A DNA stretch of 64,000 nucleotides from an uncultured Actinomycetota bacterium (GTDB taxonomy: Bacteria; Actinomycetota; Actinomycetes; Mycobacteriales; SCTD01). Below, piece by piece: positions 51,682-61,464 of this stretch (the first letter of the stretch is position 1; every line of letters starts with the position of its first letter). The DNA is taken from positions 324,045 through 388,044 of the forward strand of contig CAWAGF010000006.1 in assembly GCA_963781675.1 (NCBI GenBank), in the 5' to 3' direction. The translations under genes were made by a program, and so were the position numbers. The notes under the pieces are model-generated. The model worked only from the letters and a program-made list of their open reading frames with translations. It made no database searches and was not told the origin of the DNA.

Positions 51682-52836
51682 ATGGACATGACGCTGACCG
51701 CGGAGCAGGACGCCGTCCGCAAGGCCGTCAAGGAGTGGGTCGACGACGTCGTCGCCCCGCCCGCGCTGGAGAACGACCGGAAGGAGCGCTTCCCGCAGGA
51801 GGCGCTCGACGGGCTCAAGCAGACCGGCTTCATCGGCCTGTCGATCCCGGAGGAGTTCGGCGGCGGCGGCGGCGACCCGATGTCCTACGTCCTCTACATC
51901 GAGGAGCTCGGCCGCGGCGACGCCAACGTGCGCTCGATCGTCAGCGTGCACCTCGGCCTGGTGGCCGGGTCGATCGACCGCTGGGGCACCCAGGAGCAGA
52001 AGGAGCAGTGGCTCCCGCGCATGGCGACCGGCGAGGTGCTCGGCTGCTTCGGCCTGACCGAGCCCGACTACGGCAGCAACCCGGCCGACCTGCAGGCGAC
52101 CGCGGTCAAGCAGGCCGACGGCGGCTACGTCCTCAACGGCAACAAGATCTTCATCACCAACGGCACCATCGCCGGCGTCACCCTGTTCATGGCGCGCACC
52201 GGCGGCGAGGGCGCCCGGGGCGTCAGCGCCTTCCTCGTGCCCAACGACGCCGAGGGCTTCGAGGCCAAGCCGATCCACGGCAAGCTGGGCCTGCGCTCGT
52301 GCGACACCGCGGAGCTCGTCCTGCGCGACGTGAAGGTCGGCCCGGAGGCGCTGCTCGGCGGCGAGGAGGGCAAGGGCATCCGGGTCGCGCTGACCGCCCT
52401 CAACGACGGCCGCATGTCGCTGGGCGCCTCCTGCACCGGGCTCGGCCAGGCCGCGCTCGACACGATGGTGAAGTACACCAAGGAGCGCGTGCAGTTCGGC
52501 AAGCCCGTCGCCGGCCACCAGCTCGTGCAGGCGCTCATCGCCGACACCGCCGTCGAGGTCGACTGCGCCCGGCTGCTCACCTACCGCGTCGCCGACCTCA
52601 AGACCCGCGGCGAGGACTACTCGCTCGCGGCGAGCAAGGCGAAGTACTACGCCAGCGAGATGTCGGTGCGCGCCGCGAACGCCTGCGTGCAGGCGCACGG
52701 CGGCTACGGCTACATCGACGAGTACGCCGCCGGGAAGTACCTGCGCGACGCGCGGGTTACCACGCTGTACGAGGGCACCTCGCAGATCCAGCAGCTCATC
52801 ATCGGCCGCGCGCTCACAGGGATCTCAGCCTTCTGA
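51682..52836 (+). CDS. Acyl-CoA dehydrogenase
   Basis: ATG 51682. GCFGLTEPDYGSNPADL, the C-terminal YEGTSQIQQLIIGR, and QAHGGYGY. Confidence 0.92.
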   Translation: MDMTLTAEQDAVRKAVKEWVDDVVAPPALENDRKERFPQEALDGLKQTGFIGLSIPEEFGGGGGDPMSYVLYIEELGRGDANVRSIVSVHLGLVAGSIDRWGTQEQKEQWLPRMATGEVLGCFGLTEPDYGSNPADLQATAVKQADGGYVLNGNKIFITNGTIAGVTLFMARTGGEGARGVSAFLVPNDAEGFEAKPIHGKLGLRSCDTAELVLRDVKVGPEALLGGEEGKGIRVALTALNDGRMSLGASCTGLGQAALDTMVKYTKERVQFGKPVAGHQLVQALIADTAVEVDCARLLTYRVADLKTRGEDYSLAASKAKYYASEMSVRAANACVQAHGGYGYIDEYAAGKYLRDARVTTLYEGTSQIQQLIIGRALTGISAF

Positions 52837-52852
52837 CAGAAGGGGGGCCCGC

Positions 52853-54757
52853 ATGAGCGAGATGCACAGCTTCTCGGTCATGCGGTCCTTCCGCCGCGAC
52901 CCCGAGGTCACGGAGAAGAAGCTCGCGCCCGGCACCGCCAAGCGCATCGCGCGCTTCGCCTCGCCGTACCGCCGTGAGCTGACGCTGTTCCTCGCCCTCA
53001 TCGTCGTGGCCGCGTTCCTCGCGGTGCTCAACCCGCTGATCTTCAAGAAGATCATCGACGACGGGATCGGGACCAACCCGCCCGTCACCGGCGACCGCGG
53101 GCTGGTCGTGCAGCTCGCGCTGCTGGTCGCCGGGCTGGCGATCGTCGACGCCGGGCTGTCGCTGTGGTCGCGGTGGTGCTCCACGCGCATCGGCGAGGGC
53201 CTCATCTTCGACATGCGCTCGCAGGTCTACACGCACATCTCGCGCATGCCGATCGCCTTCTTCACCCGCACCCAGACCGGGGCGCTGATCAGCCGCCTCA
53301 ACAACGACGTGCTCGGCGCGCAGCAGGCCTTCACCGGCACGCTGTCCGGCGTCGTCAGCAACGTCATCGGCGTCGTGCTCACGCTGGCCGCGATGCTCGT
53401 GCTGTCGTGGCAGATCACCCTGCTGTCGCTGGTGCTGCTGCCGGTGTTCGTCGTGCCGGCCAAGCTGATCGGCACGCGGCTGCAGGCGCTGACGCGCGAG
53501 TCCTACGCGCTGAACGCGCAGATGACGAACACCATGACCGAGCGCTTCAACGTCTCGGGCGCCCTGCTCGTCAAGCTGTTCGGCCGTCCCGAGGACGAGG
53601 AGCGGTCCTTCCGCGACAAGGCGGGCCGCGTCCGCGACATCGGCGTCACGAGCGCGATGTACGGCCGCGTCTTCTTCGTCTCGCTGACGACGGTCGCGGC
53701 GCTGGCCACGGCGATGGTCTACGGCGTCGGCGGCGTGCTGGCCGCGTCCGGCTCGCTGGGCGTCGGCACCGTCGTCGCCCTGGCCGCGTACCTCACCCGC
53801 CTGTACGGCCCGCTCACCGCGCTGTCCAACGTGCGGGTCGACGTCATGACCGCGCTGGTCTCGTTCGAGCGCGTCTTCGAGGTGCTCGACCTCGAGCCGA
53901 TGGTCGCCGAGAAGCCCGGCGCGGTGGAGCTGCCCCGGGGCGCCGCGTCCGTGGAGTTCGACGACGTGGTGTTCGGCTATCCGACCGCCGAGCAGGTGTC
54001 GCTCGCCTCGCTCGAGTCGGTCGCCGTGCTGGACAGGACGCCCGCGACCACCGTCCTGCACGGCGTCTCCTTCCACGCCGAGCCCGGCCAGCTCATCGCC
54101 CTCGTCGGACCGTCCGGCGCCGGCAAGACGACCATCAGCCAGCTCGTGACCCGGATGTACGACGTGGAGGCCGGCGCCGTGCGCCTCGGCGGGCTGGACG
54201 TCCGGGACGTCACGATGCAGTCGCTGCGCGACACCGTCGGCGTCGTCACCCAGGACGCGCACATGTTCCACGACACCATCCGCGCGAACCTCGCCTACGC
54301 CGCACCGCAGGCCGGCGACGACGAGCTGTGGGCCGCGCTGGACGCCGCCCAGGTGGGTGCGCTGGTGCGCACGCTGCCCGACGGCCTGGACACCCTCGTC
54401 GGCGATCGCGGCTACCGGCTGTCCGGCGGCGAGAAGCAGCGCATGGCCATCGCCCGGCTGCTGCTCAAGGCCCCCGGGATCGTCGTGCTCGACGAGGCGA
54501 CCGCGCACCTGGACAGCGAGTCCGAGGCCGCCGTGCAGCGCGCGCTGGCCCGCGCGCTCGAGGGCCGTACGTCCCTGGTCATCGCGCACCGGCTGTCGAC
54601 CGTGCGCGACGCCGACCAGATCCTCGTCGTGGAGGAGGGGCGGGTCGTGGAGCGCGGCCGCCACGAGGAGCTGCTCGAGCGGGGCGGGCTCTACACCGAG
54701 CTCTACCGGCGGCAGTTCGCCGCCCAGGAGGACGAGCCGGTGGCGGCCGCCGACTAG
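52853..54757 (+). CDS. ABC exporter, fused permease/ATP-binding protein (MsbA/MdlB-like)
   Basis: Six TM helices at the N-terminus, followed by GPSGAGKTT, LSGGEKQRMAIAR and VVLDEATAHLD. Confidence 0.9.
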   Translation: MSEMHSFSVMRSFRRDPEVTEKKLAPGTAKRIARFASPYRRELTLFLALIVVAAFLAVLNPLIFKKIIDDGIGTNPPVTGDRGLVVQLALLVAGLAIVDAGLSLWSRWCSTRIGEGLIFDMRSQVYTHISRMPIAFFTRTQTGALISRLNNDVLGAQQAFTGTLSGVVSNVIGVVLTLAAMLVLSWQITLLSLVLLPVFVVPAKLIGTRLQALTRESYALNAQMTNTMTERFNVSGALLVKLFGRPEDEERSFRDKAGRVRDIGVTSAMYGRVFFVSLTTVAALATAMVYGVGGVLAASGSLGVGTVVALAAYLTRLYGPLTALSNVRVDVMTALVSFERVFEVLDLEPMVAEKPGAVELPRGAASVEFDDVVFGYPTAEQVSLASLESVAVLDRTPATTVLHGVSFHAEPGQLIALVGPSGAGKTTISQLVTRMYDVEAGAVRLGGLDVRDVTMQSLRDTVGVVTQDAHMFHDTIRANLAYAAPQAGDDELWAALDAAQVGALVRTLPDGLDTLVGDRGYRLSGGEKQRMAIARLLLKAPGIVVLDEATAHLDSESEAAVQRALARALEGRTSLVIAHRLSTVRDADQILVVEEGRVVERGRHEELLERGGLYTELYRRQFAAQEDEPVAAAD

Positions 54758-54792
54758 CAGGGGCAGGCGCCCCGGCGTCGAACTGCTCCGGC

Positions 54793-56514
54793 ATGGAGGT
54801 CACCCGCCGGTCCCTGCTGCGCGGTGCTGTCGCCGGCAGCGCGCTGCTCGCCGTCAAGGGCGCTGCGCCGTCGCTGGCCGGCACCGCGACGCCGGACGTC
54901 GCCGCGCCCGCGCACACGACGCTGGACGGCACGTACCTGCGCGGGCAGGCCGGCCGTGGCGGCTACGTCTCGCTGCGCCGCGGTCCGGCCGAGCCGCACG
55001 TCGTGCGCACCGACCTGGCGACCCCGTCCCGTCGCCGGCTGGCCACCCGCCGCGCCCTGCTCGCCTTCGCGCACCTGACCGACACCCACGTCGTCGACGC
55101 GCAGTCGCCGGCCCGCGCCGAGTTCGTCGCCCGCTACGGCGGCGCCCTGGCCGGCGGTCACCGGCCGCAGGAGGTGCTCTGCACGCAGGTCGTCGACGCC
55201 ATGGCCACGGCGGTCCGTCGCACCGGGCGAGGACCGGTGACCGGCCGGCCGCTGGACCTCGCCCTGTCGACCGGCGACAACGTCGACAACCGGCAGTACA
55301 ACGAGGTGCGCTGGTTCATCGACCTGCTCGACGGCGGCAAGCAGGTGCGGGCGGACAGCGGTGACCGCAGCCGCTGGGAGGGCGTCAGCGACCAGGACCT
55401 GCTCTCGTACGACGTGCACTACTGGCACCCGGACGGGCAGCCGGAGGGGCGCGAGCCGGACCGGCTGCGCCAGCTGCTCGGCTTCCCCGAGCTGCCGGGG
55501 CTGCTCGACGCCTGCCGCCGGCCGTTCACCAGCACCGGGCTGGGCCTGCCCTGGTACTCCGTCTACGGCAACCACGACGGGGCGATCCAGGGGACGCTGA
55601 CCCGTAACCCGTCCCTGGGCGAGTACGCCGTCGGGCCCGTCAAGCACATCGGCCTCGGGCCGTCGCCGTCCGACCTGCCGGCGCTGACGCCGGGCGTCCT
55701 TCTCGGTGGCCCGGCGCGCCTGGTCACGGCCGACCCCGACCGGCGCTTCCTCACCAAGCGCGAGTGGGTGGCCGAGCACCTGAAGACGGCCGGCCTGCCC
55801 GTCGGCCACGGCTTCACGGCGCAGAACGTCGAGCAGGACACCGCCTACTACGCCGCCGACGTCGCGCCGCAGGTCCGCCTGCTGGCGCTCGACTCGACGA
55901 CCCCGGGCGGCTACGACACCGGCTCGATCGACGTGCCGCAGCGCGACTGGCTCGAGGAGCAGCTGCGCTCCTGCTCCTCCCGCTACCTCTCCGCCGACGG
56001 GACGTGGGTGTCGCAGCCCGGCGTGCGCGACCGGCTGGTGCTCATCGCCAGCCACCACACGGTCGCGACGATGGACAACCCGCTGCTCGCGCCGGGGGAG
56101 ACGCAGCGGCGGATCCAGGGCGACGAGGTGCTGGCGCTGCTGCTCCGCTTCCCGAACGTCGTCGCCTGGCTGAACGGCCACACGCACACCAACGCGGTGA
56201 CGCCGCACCGTGGCCCGGCCGGCGGCTTCTGGGAGGTCACCAGCGCCTCGCACATCGACTGGCCGCAGCAGTCCCGCCTCGTCGAGCTGGTGGACAACCG
56301 CGACGGCACGCTCTCGGTCTTCGGCACGGTCATCGACACGGCTGCCTCGCTGGCCGGCGGGCTGGCCTCGCCGCTGCAGCTGGCCGGGCTGTCCCGCGAG
56401 CTGTCGGCCAACAACCCGAACACCCGGGCCGAGGCCGACCCCGACGCCCGCCGTGGCACCGCGGAGGAGCGCAACGTCGAGCTCGTCGTGAAGGCGCCGT
56501 TCCGCCTCCGCTGA
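54793..56514 (+). CDS. Tat-signal metallophosphoesterase (calcineurin-like; resembles the PPA1498/TIGR03767 family from memory)
   Basis: ATG 54793. Twin-arginine signal MEVTRRSLLRGAVAGSALLAV. Motifs FAHLTDTHVVD, STGDNVDN, SVYGNHDG and LNGHTHTN. The upstream part of ORF 53164..56514 is a shadow of the ABC exporter. Confidence 0.72.
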   Translation: MEVTRRSLLRGAVAGSALLAVKGAAPSLAGTATPDVAAPAHTTLDGTYLRGQAGRGGYVSLRRGPAEPHVVRTDLATPSRRRLATRRALLAFAHLTDTHVVDAQSPARAEFVARYGGALAGGHRPQEVLCTQVVDAMATAVRRTGRGPVTGRPLDLALSTGDNVDNRQYNEVRWFIDLLDGGKQVRADSGDRSRWEGVSDQDLLSYDVHYWHPDGQPEGREPDRLRQLLGFPELPGLLDACRRPFTSTGLGLPWYSVYGNHDGAIQGTLTRNPSLGEYAVGPVKHIGLGPSPSDLPALTPGVLLGGPARLVTADPDRRFLTKREWVAEHLKTAGLPVGHGFTAQNVEQDTAYYAADVAPQVRLLALDSTTPGGYDTGSIDVPQRDWLEEQLRSCSSRYLSADGTWVSQPGVRDRLVLIASHHTVATMDNPLLAPGETQRRIQGDEVLALLLRFPNVVAWLNGHTHTNAVTPHRGPAGGFWEVTSASHIDWPQQSRLVELVDNRDGTLSVFGTVIDTAASLAGGLASPLQLAGLSRELSANNPNTRAEADPDARRGTAEERNVELVVKAPFRLR

Positions 56515-56538
56515 CGGCCGCGGGCTGCGGGTCGGGCG

Positions 56539-56706
56539 CTAGCCCGCGCCGCCGGCGTTCGACCCGCCGGTACCGCCCAGGGCGTCGCCCTCGTCCATCG
56601 CCTCCGCGTCGCTGGTGGCGGTGGGCGGCGGGTCCTCCAGCTCGGACGGGTCGACGGCGATGTCGGTCCCCTCGAAGACCTGCGGGCTGTCGTCTGGCGT
56701 CGTCAT
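56539..56706 (-). CDS. Possible small acidic protein (55 aa)
   Basis: My own reading (below the ORF-track length cutoff): MTTPDDSPQVFEGTDIAVDPSELEDPPPTATSDAEAMDEGDALGGTGGSNAGGAG. It has strong GC3 bias and fills the gap between the two phosphoesterase genes. I recognised no homology. Confidence 0.3.
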   Translation of the reverse strand: MTTPDDSPQVFEGTDIAVDPSELEDPPPTATSDAEAMDEGDALGGTGGSNAGGAG

Positions 56707-56730
56707 GAGGTCGGCCTACCCGCACGGTGC

Positions 56731-58392
56731 TTGGATGACGCGGTGCCCGACCTGCTGCTCGGCCCGCTGCTGCGCCACGTCGACGAGACGTCCGCGACGG
56801 TGTGGGTGGAGACCGACTCCCCCTGCCGCGTGCAGGTGCTCGGCTGCAGCGCTCAGACGTTCACCGTCGCCGGCCACCACTACGCCCTCGTCGTCTGCGA
56901 CGAGCTCGAGCCCGGGACCGTCACGCCGTACGACGTGTCCCTGGACGGCGAGCGGGTGTGGCCGCGGGCCGACGACCCGTACCCCGCACCCACCGTGCGG
57001 ACCCGCACGCGGGACGGCGCCAAGCCCTTCCGGCTGCTGTTCGGCTCGTGCCGGGTGACCCGCCCGCACGAGCCGCCGTACACGCTGGCGACCGGCGACG
57101 AGGGCGTCGGCGTCGACGCGCTGCACGCCTACGCCAAGCGGATGCTGACGCAGGACGAGCCGTCCTGGCCGGACGCGCTGCTGCTGCTGGGCGACCAGGT
57201 CTACGCCGACGAGCTGTCGCCGCAGACGCTCGCCTACATCGAGCGGACCCGCGGGACGGAACAGCCACCGGGGGCGGGGGTCGCGGACTTCGAGGAGTAC
57301 ACCGTCCTCTACCAGGAGGCGTGGAGCGACCCGCTCGTGCGGTGGGCGCTGTCGACGCTGCCGAGCGCGATGGTCTTCGACGACCACGACGTGCACGACG
57401 ACTGGAACACCTCCGCCGTCTGGCGCCGGCAGATGCAGGCGCTGGACTGGTGGCCGGCCCGCATCGAGGGCGGGCTGATGAGCTACTGGCTCTACCAGCA
57501 CCTGGGCAACCTCTCGCCGGCCGCCCTCGAGCAGGACGAGGTGTGGGCGCGCCTGCAGGAGGTCGAGGACGGCGAGCAGGTGCTGCGCGAGCACGCCCGG
57601 AGGGCCGACGCCGAGGCCGACGGCGGCAAGGGCGTGCGGTGGAGCTACCGGCGCGACTTCGGCGACGTCCGGCTGCTGGTGCTGGACTCCCGCGGCGGCC
57701 GGGTGCTCGACACCGGTGACCGGTCGATGGTCGACGAGGCGGAGTGGGAGTGGATCGTCGAGCAGACCCGCGACTGCGCCTCGCACCTGCTGCTGGCCTC
57801 CTCGCTGCCGGTGCTGCTGCCGCCGGCGATCCACGGGCTGGAGGCGTGGAACGAGGCCGTCTGCGACGGCGCGTGGGGCGAGCGGTGGAAGGGCTGGGGC
57901 GAGAAGATCCGCCAGGGCGCCGACCTCGAGCACTGGGCGGCGTTCCGCGGTTCCTTCGTCCGGCTGATGCGCCTGGTCGAGGAGGTCGGCTCCGGCCGGT
58001 GCGGCCCGGCGCCGGCGAGCATCACCTTCCTCGGCGGCGACGTGCACTTCTCCTACCTGGCGAAGGCGCGCTTCCACGCCGATCGCGGCGTGACGAGCGC
58101 GGTGCACCAGGCCGTCTGCTCGCCGGTCCGCAACCCGGTGAACCGCCCGATCCAGCTCGGCGACCGCTTCGCCCGCACCCCCGTGGGTCGCGGCGTCGGC
58201 CGGCTGCTCATGGTGCTGGCCCGCGTCCCGAAGCCGGAGCTGTGGTGGCGGGTCGACCACGGGCCGCGCTTCGACAACGAGATCGCGACGCTGGAGCTCG
58301 AGGGTCGGCGTTCGCTGTTCCGCCTGGAGCACGCGGTGCCCGGCGACGCGGAGGAGCGGCTCGAGGTCGTGCTGGAGAAGCAGCTCGCCTGA
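56731..58392 (+). CDS. PhoD-like alkaline phosphatase/metallophosphatase family protein, no signal peptide
   Basis: LLLGDQVYADE, VFDDHDVHDDWN and FLGGDVHFSY. The start is uncertain (TTG 56731 or GTG 56743). Confidence 0.72.
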   Translation: MDDAVPDLLLGPLLRHVDETSATVWVETDSPCRVQVLGCSAQTFTVAGHHYALVVCDELEPGTVTPYDVSLDGERVWPRADDPYPAPTVRTRTRDGAKPFRLLFGSCRVTRPHEPPYTLATGDEGVGVDALHAYAKRMLTQDEPSWPDALLLLGDQVYADELSPQTLAYIERTRGTEQPPGAGVADFEEYTVLYQEAWSDPLVRWALSTLPSAMVFDDHDVHDDWNTSAVWRRQMQALDWWPARIEGGLMSYWLYQHLGNLSPAALEQDEVWARLQEVEDGEQVLREHARRADAEADGGKGVRWSYRRDFGDVRLLVLDSRGGRVLDTGDRSMVDEAEWEWIVEQTRDCASHLLLASSLPVLLPPAIHGLEAWNEAVCDGAWGERWKGWGEKIRQGADLEHWAAFRGSFVRLMRLVEEVGSGRCGPAPASITFLGGDVHFSYLAKARFHADRGVTSAVHQAVCSPVRNPVNRPIQLGDRFARTPVGRGVGRLLMVLARVPKPELWWRVDHGPRFDNEIATLELEGRRSLFRLEHAVPGDAEERLEVVLEKQLA

Positions 58393-59125
58393 TCAGAGAG
58401 CGCGGGCGTAGCCGCCGTCCACCGTGACCATCGTGCCGGTGACGTACGACGCGGCCGGGCTCAGCACGAACGCCGCCACCCGGCCGAACTCCGCGGGGTC
58501 GCCGTAGCGGCGCAGCGGGATGTCGAGCGGCTCCTGCTCGGCGTCCAGGCCGAGCTCGCGCAGCCGGTCCGTGAGCACCCGCCCGGGGAGCAGGCCGTTC
58601 ACGCGCACGCCACGCGGGCCGAGCTCGTCGGCCATCGTCTTGGCGAGCATGGCCAGGCCCGGTCGCAGGCCGTTGCTCGCGGCCAGGCCCGCGATCGGCG
58701 CCTTGACGCTGGTCGACAGCACCAGCGCCAGCGCGCCGCCCTCGGCAGGCAGCCCGGTGACCACCGCGCGGCAGGTGCGGACCGCACCGAGGAAGACGCT
58801 GTCGAAGGCGCCCGACCACTGCGCGTCGGTCAGCTCCAGGGCGCTGCCGGCGGGCGGGCCGCCGACGCTGACCAGGGCGCCGTCGAGGCGGCCGTACGCC
58901 TCCTGCGCGGCGGCCACGAGGCGCTCCGGGCGCCTCCGGGTCGGCCAGGTCGGCGACGACCCCTACAGCGCCGAGCCGGTCGGCTGCCGCGCGGACGCGG
59001 TCGGCGTCCCGCGCGGCGAGGACCACCCGGGCGCCCTCGGCCACCAGGGCCTCGGCGGTGGCGAGGCCGAGCCCGCGCGAGCCGCCGGTGACGAGGAAGA
59101 CCCGGTCCTGCAGCCCGAGGTCCAC
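58393..59125 (-). pseudogene. Short-chain dehydrogenase/reductase, frame-disrupted at 58927
   Basis: GTG 59125 gives VDLGLQDRVFLVTGGSRGLGLATAEALVAEGARVVLAARD in one frame. After the extra base it continues as ERLVAAAQEAYGRLDGALVSVGG...YVTGTMVTVDGG (ORF 58393..58917). Corrected length is 732 nt. Confidence 0.8.
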
Positions 59126-60204
59126 TAGGGGACGACCACCGTGCGCGACGCCCTTGCCGGCGCTCATGTCGGCGAAGGCGCCGTCGATCGCCGTCCAGCC
59201 CGACGGTGCCGGTGATGAGGGCGCCGAGGTCGAGCCGGCCCTCCGCGGCGTAGCCGAGGATCTTCGGGATGTCGGTCATCGGGTCGGTGTTGCCGTAGAC
59301 GCAGCCCTGGATGACCCGCGCGAAGTGGAACAGCTCGAGGGCGCTGAAGGTGACCTGCTGCTCCTTGCCGCCGATGCCCACGATCGTGGTGGTGCCGCCG
59401 CGGCGGGTCGCGGACCAGGAGGAGCGGATCGTGTCGGCGAGCCCGACGCAGTCGAAGGCGTGGTCGGCGCCGCGCTTCGTCGGTCAGCCCGCGGACCTGC
59501 TTGGCGAGCTCGCCGCCGGCCTCCAGCACCTGCGTGGCGCCCATGGCCTGCGCCAGCTCGAGCTTCTCCGGCGCGCGGTCGACCACGATGACCTCGCCCG
59601 CGCCGGCCAGCCGCGCGCCCTGCACGACGGACAGGCCGACGCCGCCGAGGCCGACGACGAGCACCGACTGGCCCGCGCGCACCTTCGCGGTGTTGAGCAC
59701 CGCGCCGACACCGGTCATGACCGCGCAGCCGACGAGGGCGGCGTGCTCGAGCGGCACCGCGTCCGGGACCTTCAGGACCGCGCGCTCGGAGACGACGGTC
59801 TCCTCCGCGAAGCCGCCGGTGGACAGGCCGGGGTAGACGTCCTGCCCGTCGACCTTCGCGTAGGGCGCGCTCGCCGCGCTGCTGCTGGTCTCGCAGAGCC
59901 ACGGCTCGCCCTGCAGGCAGTACCAGCAGGTGCCGTCCGGCGGGGCCCAGCACAGGACGACGCGGTCGCCCGGCGCGGCGCTGGTGACGCCCTCGCCGAC
60001 GGAGACGACGGTCCCGGCCGACTCGTGGCCGAGCACGACCGGCATCGCCTGGCGCAGCGTGCCCTTCGCGAGCGACAGGTCGCTGTGGCAGACGCCGGTG
60101 GCGGCGATCCGGACGCGCACCTGACCGGGGCCGGGCTCCGGCAGGTCGAGCTCGGCCAGGCGCAGGCTCTCACCGGGGGCGGACAGGACGGCGGCGCGGA
60201 CCAC
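59125..60204 (-). pseudogene. Zinc-dependent alcohol dehydrogenase family protein, three frame disruptions (about 59475, 59189, 59146)
   Basis: The N-terminal part has GVCHSDL, GHESAG and VVGLGGVGLS (ORF 59164..60204). It continues as GADHAFDCVGLADTIRSSWSATRRGGTTTIVGIGGKEQQVTFSALELF...ITGTVGLDG, then IDGAFADMSAGKGV, then RTVVVP and a stop at 59125-59127. Corrected length is 1077 nt. The last shift is inferred from the typical ADH C-terminus. Confidence 0.78.
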
Positions 60205-60294
60205 GGGGCTCCTCGGGGCGGGCGGACGGTGGGTGGGAGCCTACGAGGCGCGGCTCGGGCCACCGGACGCGCACCGACCCTGCTGGAGGACCCC

Positions 60295-60429
60295 GTGACC
60301 GAGCCCGACACCCACGACGCCCGCGAGGGCAGCGGCGACCCGGCCACCGACCCGGCCGCCATCGGCGAGAAGAGCTTCGAGGAGCCGGACGGCGACGGCG
60401 GCGCCGTCGTCGAGGGGGCCGACCGCTAG
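60295..60429 (+). CDS. Possible small acidic protein (44 aa)
   Basis: GTG 60295 lies 4 nt after ggagga. VTEPDTHDAREGSGDPATDPAAIGEKSFEEPDGDGGAVVEGADR shows GC3 bias. I recognised no homology. Confidence 0.25.
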   Translation: MTEPDTHDAREGSGDPATDPAAIGEKSFEEPDGDGGAVVEGADR

Positions 60430-60460
60430 CCGCTGTCACGACCGTCCTAGCCTGTCGCGC

Positions 60461-61357
60461 ATGACGCGGCGGGGGTGGGTGCTCTTCACGGCGATGTGCG
60501 TGCTGTGGGGGATGCCGTACCTGCTCATCAAGGTCGCGGTCGAGGAGCTCAGCCCGCCGCAGCTCGTCCTGCTGCGCACCGGGCTCGCGGCGGTGCTCCT
60601 GCTGCCGTGGGCCGCAGCGCGCGGCCAGCTCGCCCCGGTGCTTCGGCACTGGCGCCCGCTGCTGGTGTTCACCTTCCTCGAGCTGGCCGTCCCGTGGCTG
60701 CTGCTGGCCAGTGCCGAGCGCAACCTCAGCAGCTCGCTGACCGGGCTGCTCGTGGCCGCGGTCCCGCTCGTCGCGGCGTTCGCGGCGCGGCTCGGCGACC
60801 ACGCCGACCGGCTGGACCGGCGTCGGGCGCTGGGTCTCGCGGTGGGCTTCGCCGGGGTCGCCGCGCTGGTCGGGATCGACGTCCGCGGCGGCGACCTCGT
60901 CTCGGTGGGCGAGGTGGCGCTGACCGTCGTCTGCTACGCGCTGGCGCCGCTCGTGGTGAGCCGCTGGCTGTCGGACGTGCCGTCCACGGGGGTCACCGCT
61001 GCGGCGCTCGGCCTCACCGCGCTGGTCTACGCGCCGTTCGGCCTCCCGGGTCTGGAGGTGCCGAGCGGGCGGGTCGTCTGGGCGGTCGTCGTCCTGTCGC
61101 TGGCGTGCACCGTCGCCGCGCTGCTGGCCTTCTTCGCGCTCATCGCCGAGGCCGGCCCGCAGCGCGCGCTGGTCATCACCTTCGTCAACCCCGCGGTCGC
61201 GCTGCTGCTCGGGATCGCCCTGCTCGACGAGCCGCTGACCCTCGGGGCCGTCGTCGGCTTCCCGCTGGTGCTGCTCGGCTGCGTGCTGGCCACCCGCGCG
61301 ACCACCGCCGCGACCGTGGACGCGGAGGTCCTGGGGGAGCCGGTCGGCCGCCCCTAG
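60461..61357 (+). CDS. EamA/DMT family transporter
   Basis: Ten hydrophobic segments arranged as two EamA repeats (VLWGMPYLLIKVAV ...). Confidence 0.85.
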   Translation: MTRRGWVLFTAMCVLWGMPYLLIKVAVEELSPPQLVLLRTGLAAVLLLPWAAARGQLAPVLRHWRPLLVFTFLELAVPWLLLASAERNLSSSLTGLLVAAVPLVAAFAARLGDHADRLDRRRALGLAVGFAGVAALVGIDVRGGDLVSVGEVALTVVCYALAPLVVSRWLSDVPSTGVTAAALGLTALVYAPFGLPGLEVPSGRVVWAVVVLSLACTVAALLAFFALIAEAGPQRALVITFVNPAVALLLGIALLDEPLTLGAVVGFPLVLLGCVLATRATTAATVDAEVLGEPVGRP

Positions 61358-61464
61358 CCCGCGGGCGTGGACCCCCTCCACCAGTCGATCGTCAGCTGGC
61401 TGCTGCGGGACGGACGGGCCGCGCGAGGTGGTGCCGGGCTGGCCGCGGGTCGTACGGTGCGGCC

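Noticed and set aside
51100-52836. The 578-aa extended acyl-CoA dehydrogenase ORF
   Set aside because: The N-terminal extension runs through the divergent promoter region, the small HTH gene (in another frame) and its terminator. The conserved ACAD sequence starts at MDMTLTAEQ (51682).
53164-56514. The 1116-aa ORF read as one protein
   Set aside because: Its first roughly 540 aa are an out-of-frame shadow of the ABC exporter gene. The real gene begins at ATG 54793 with a Tat signal.
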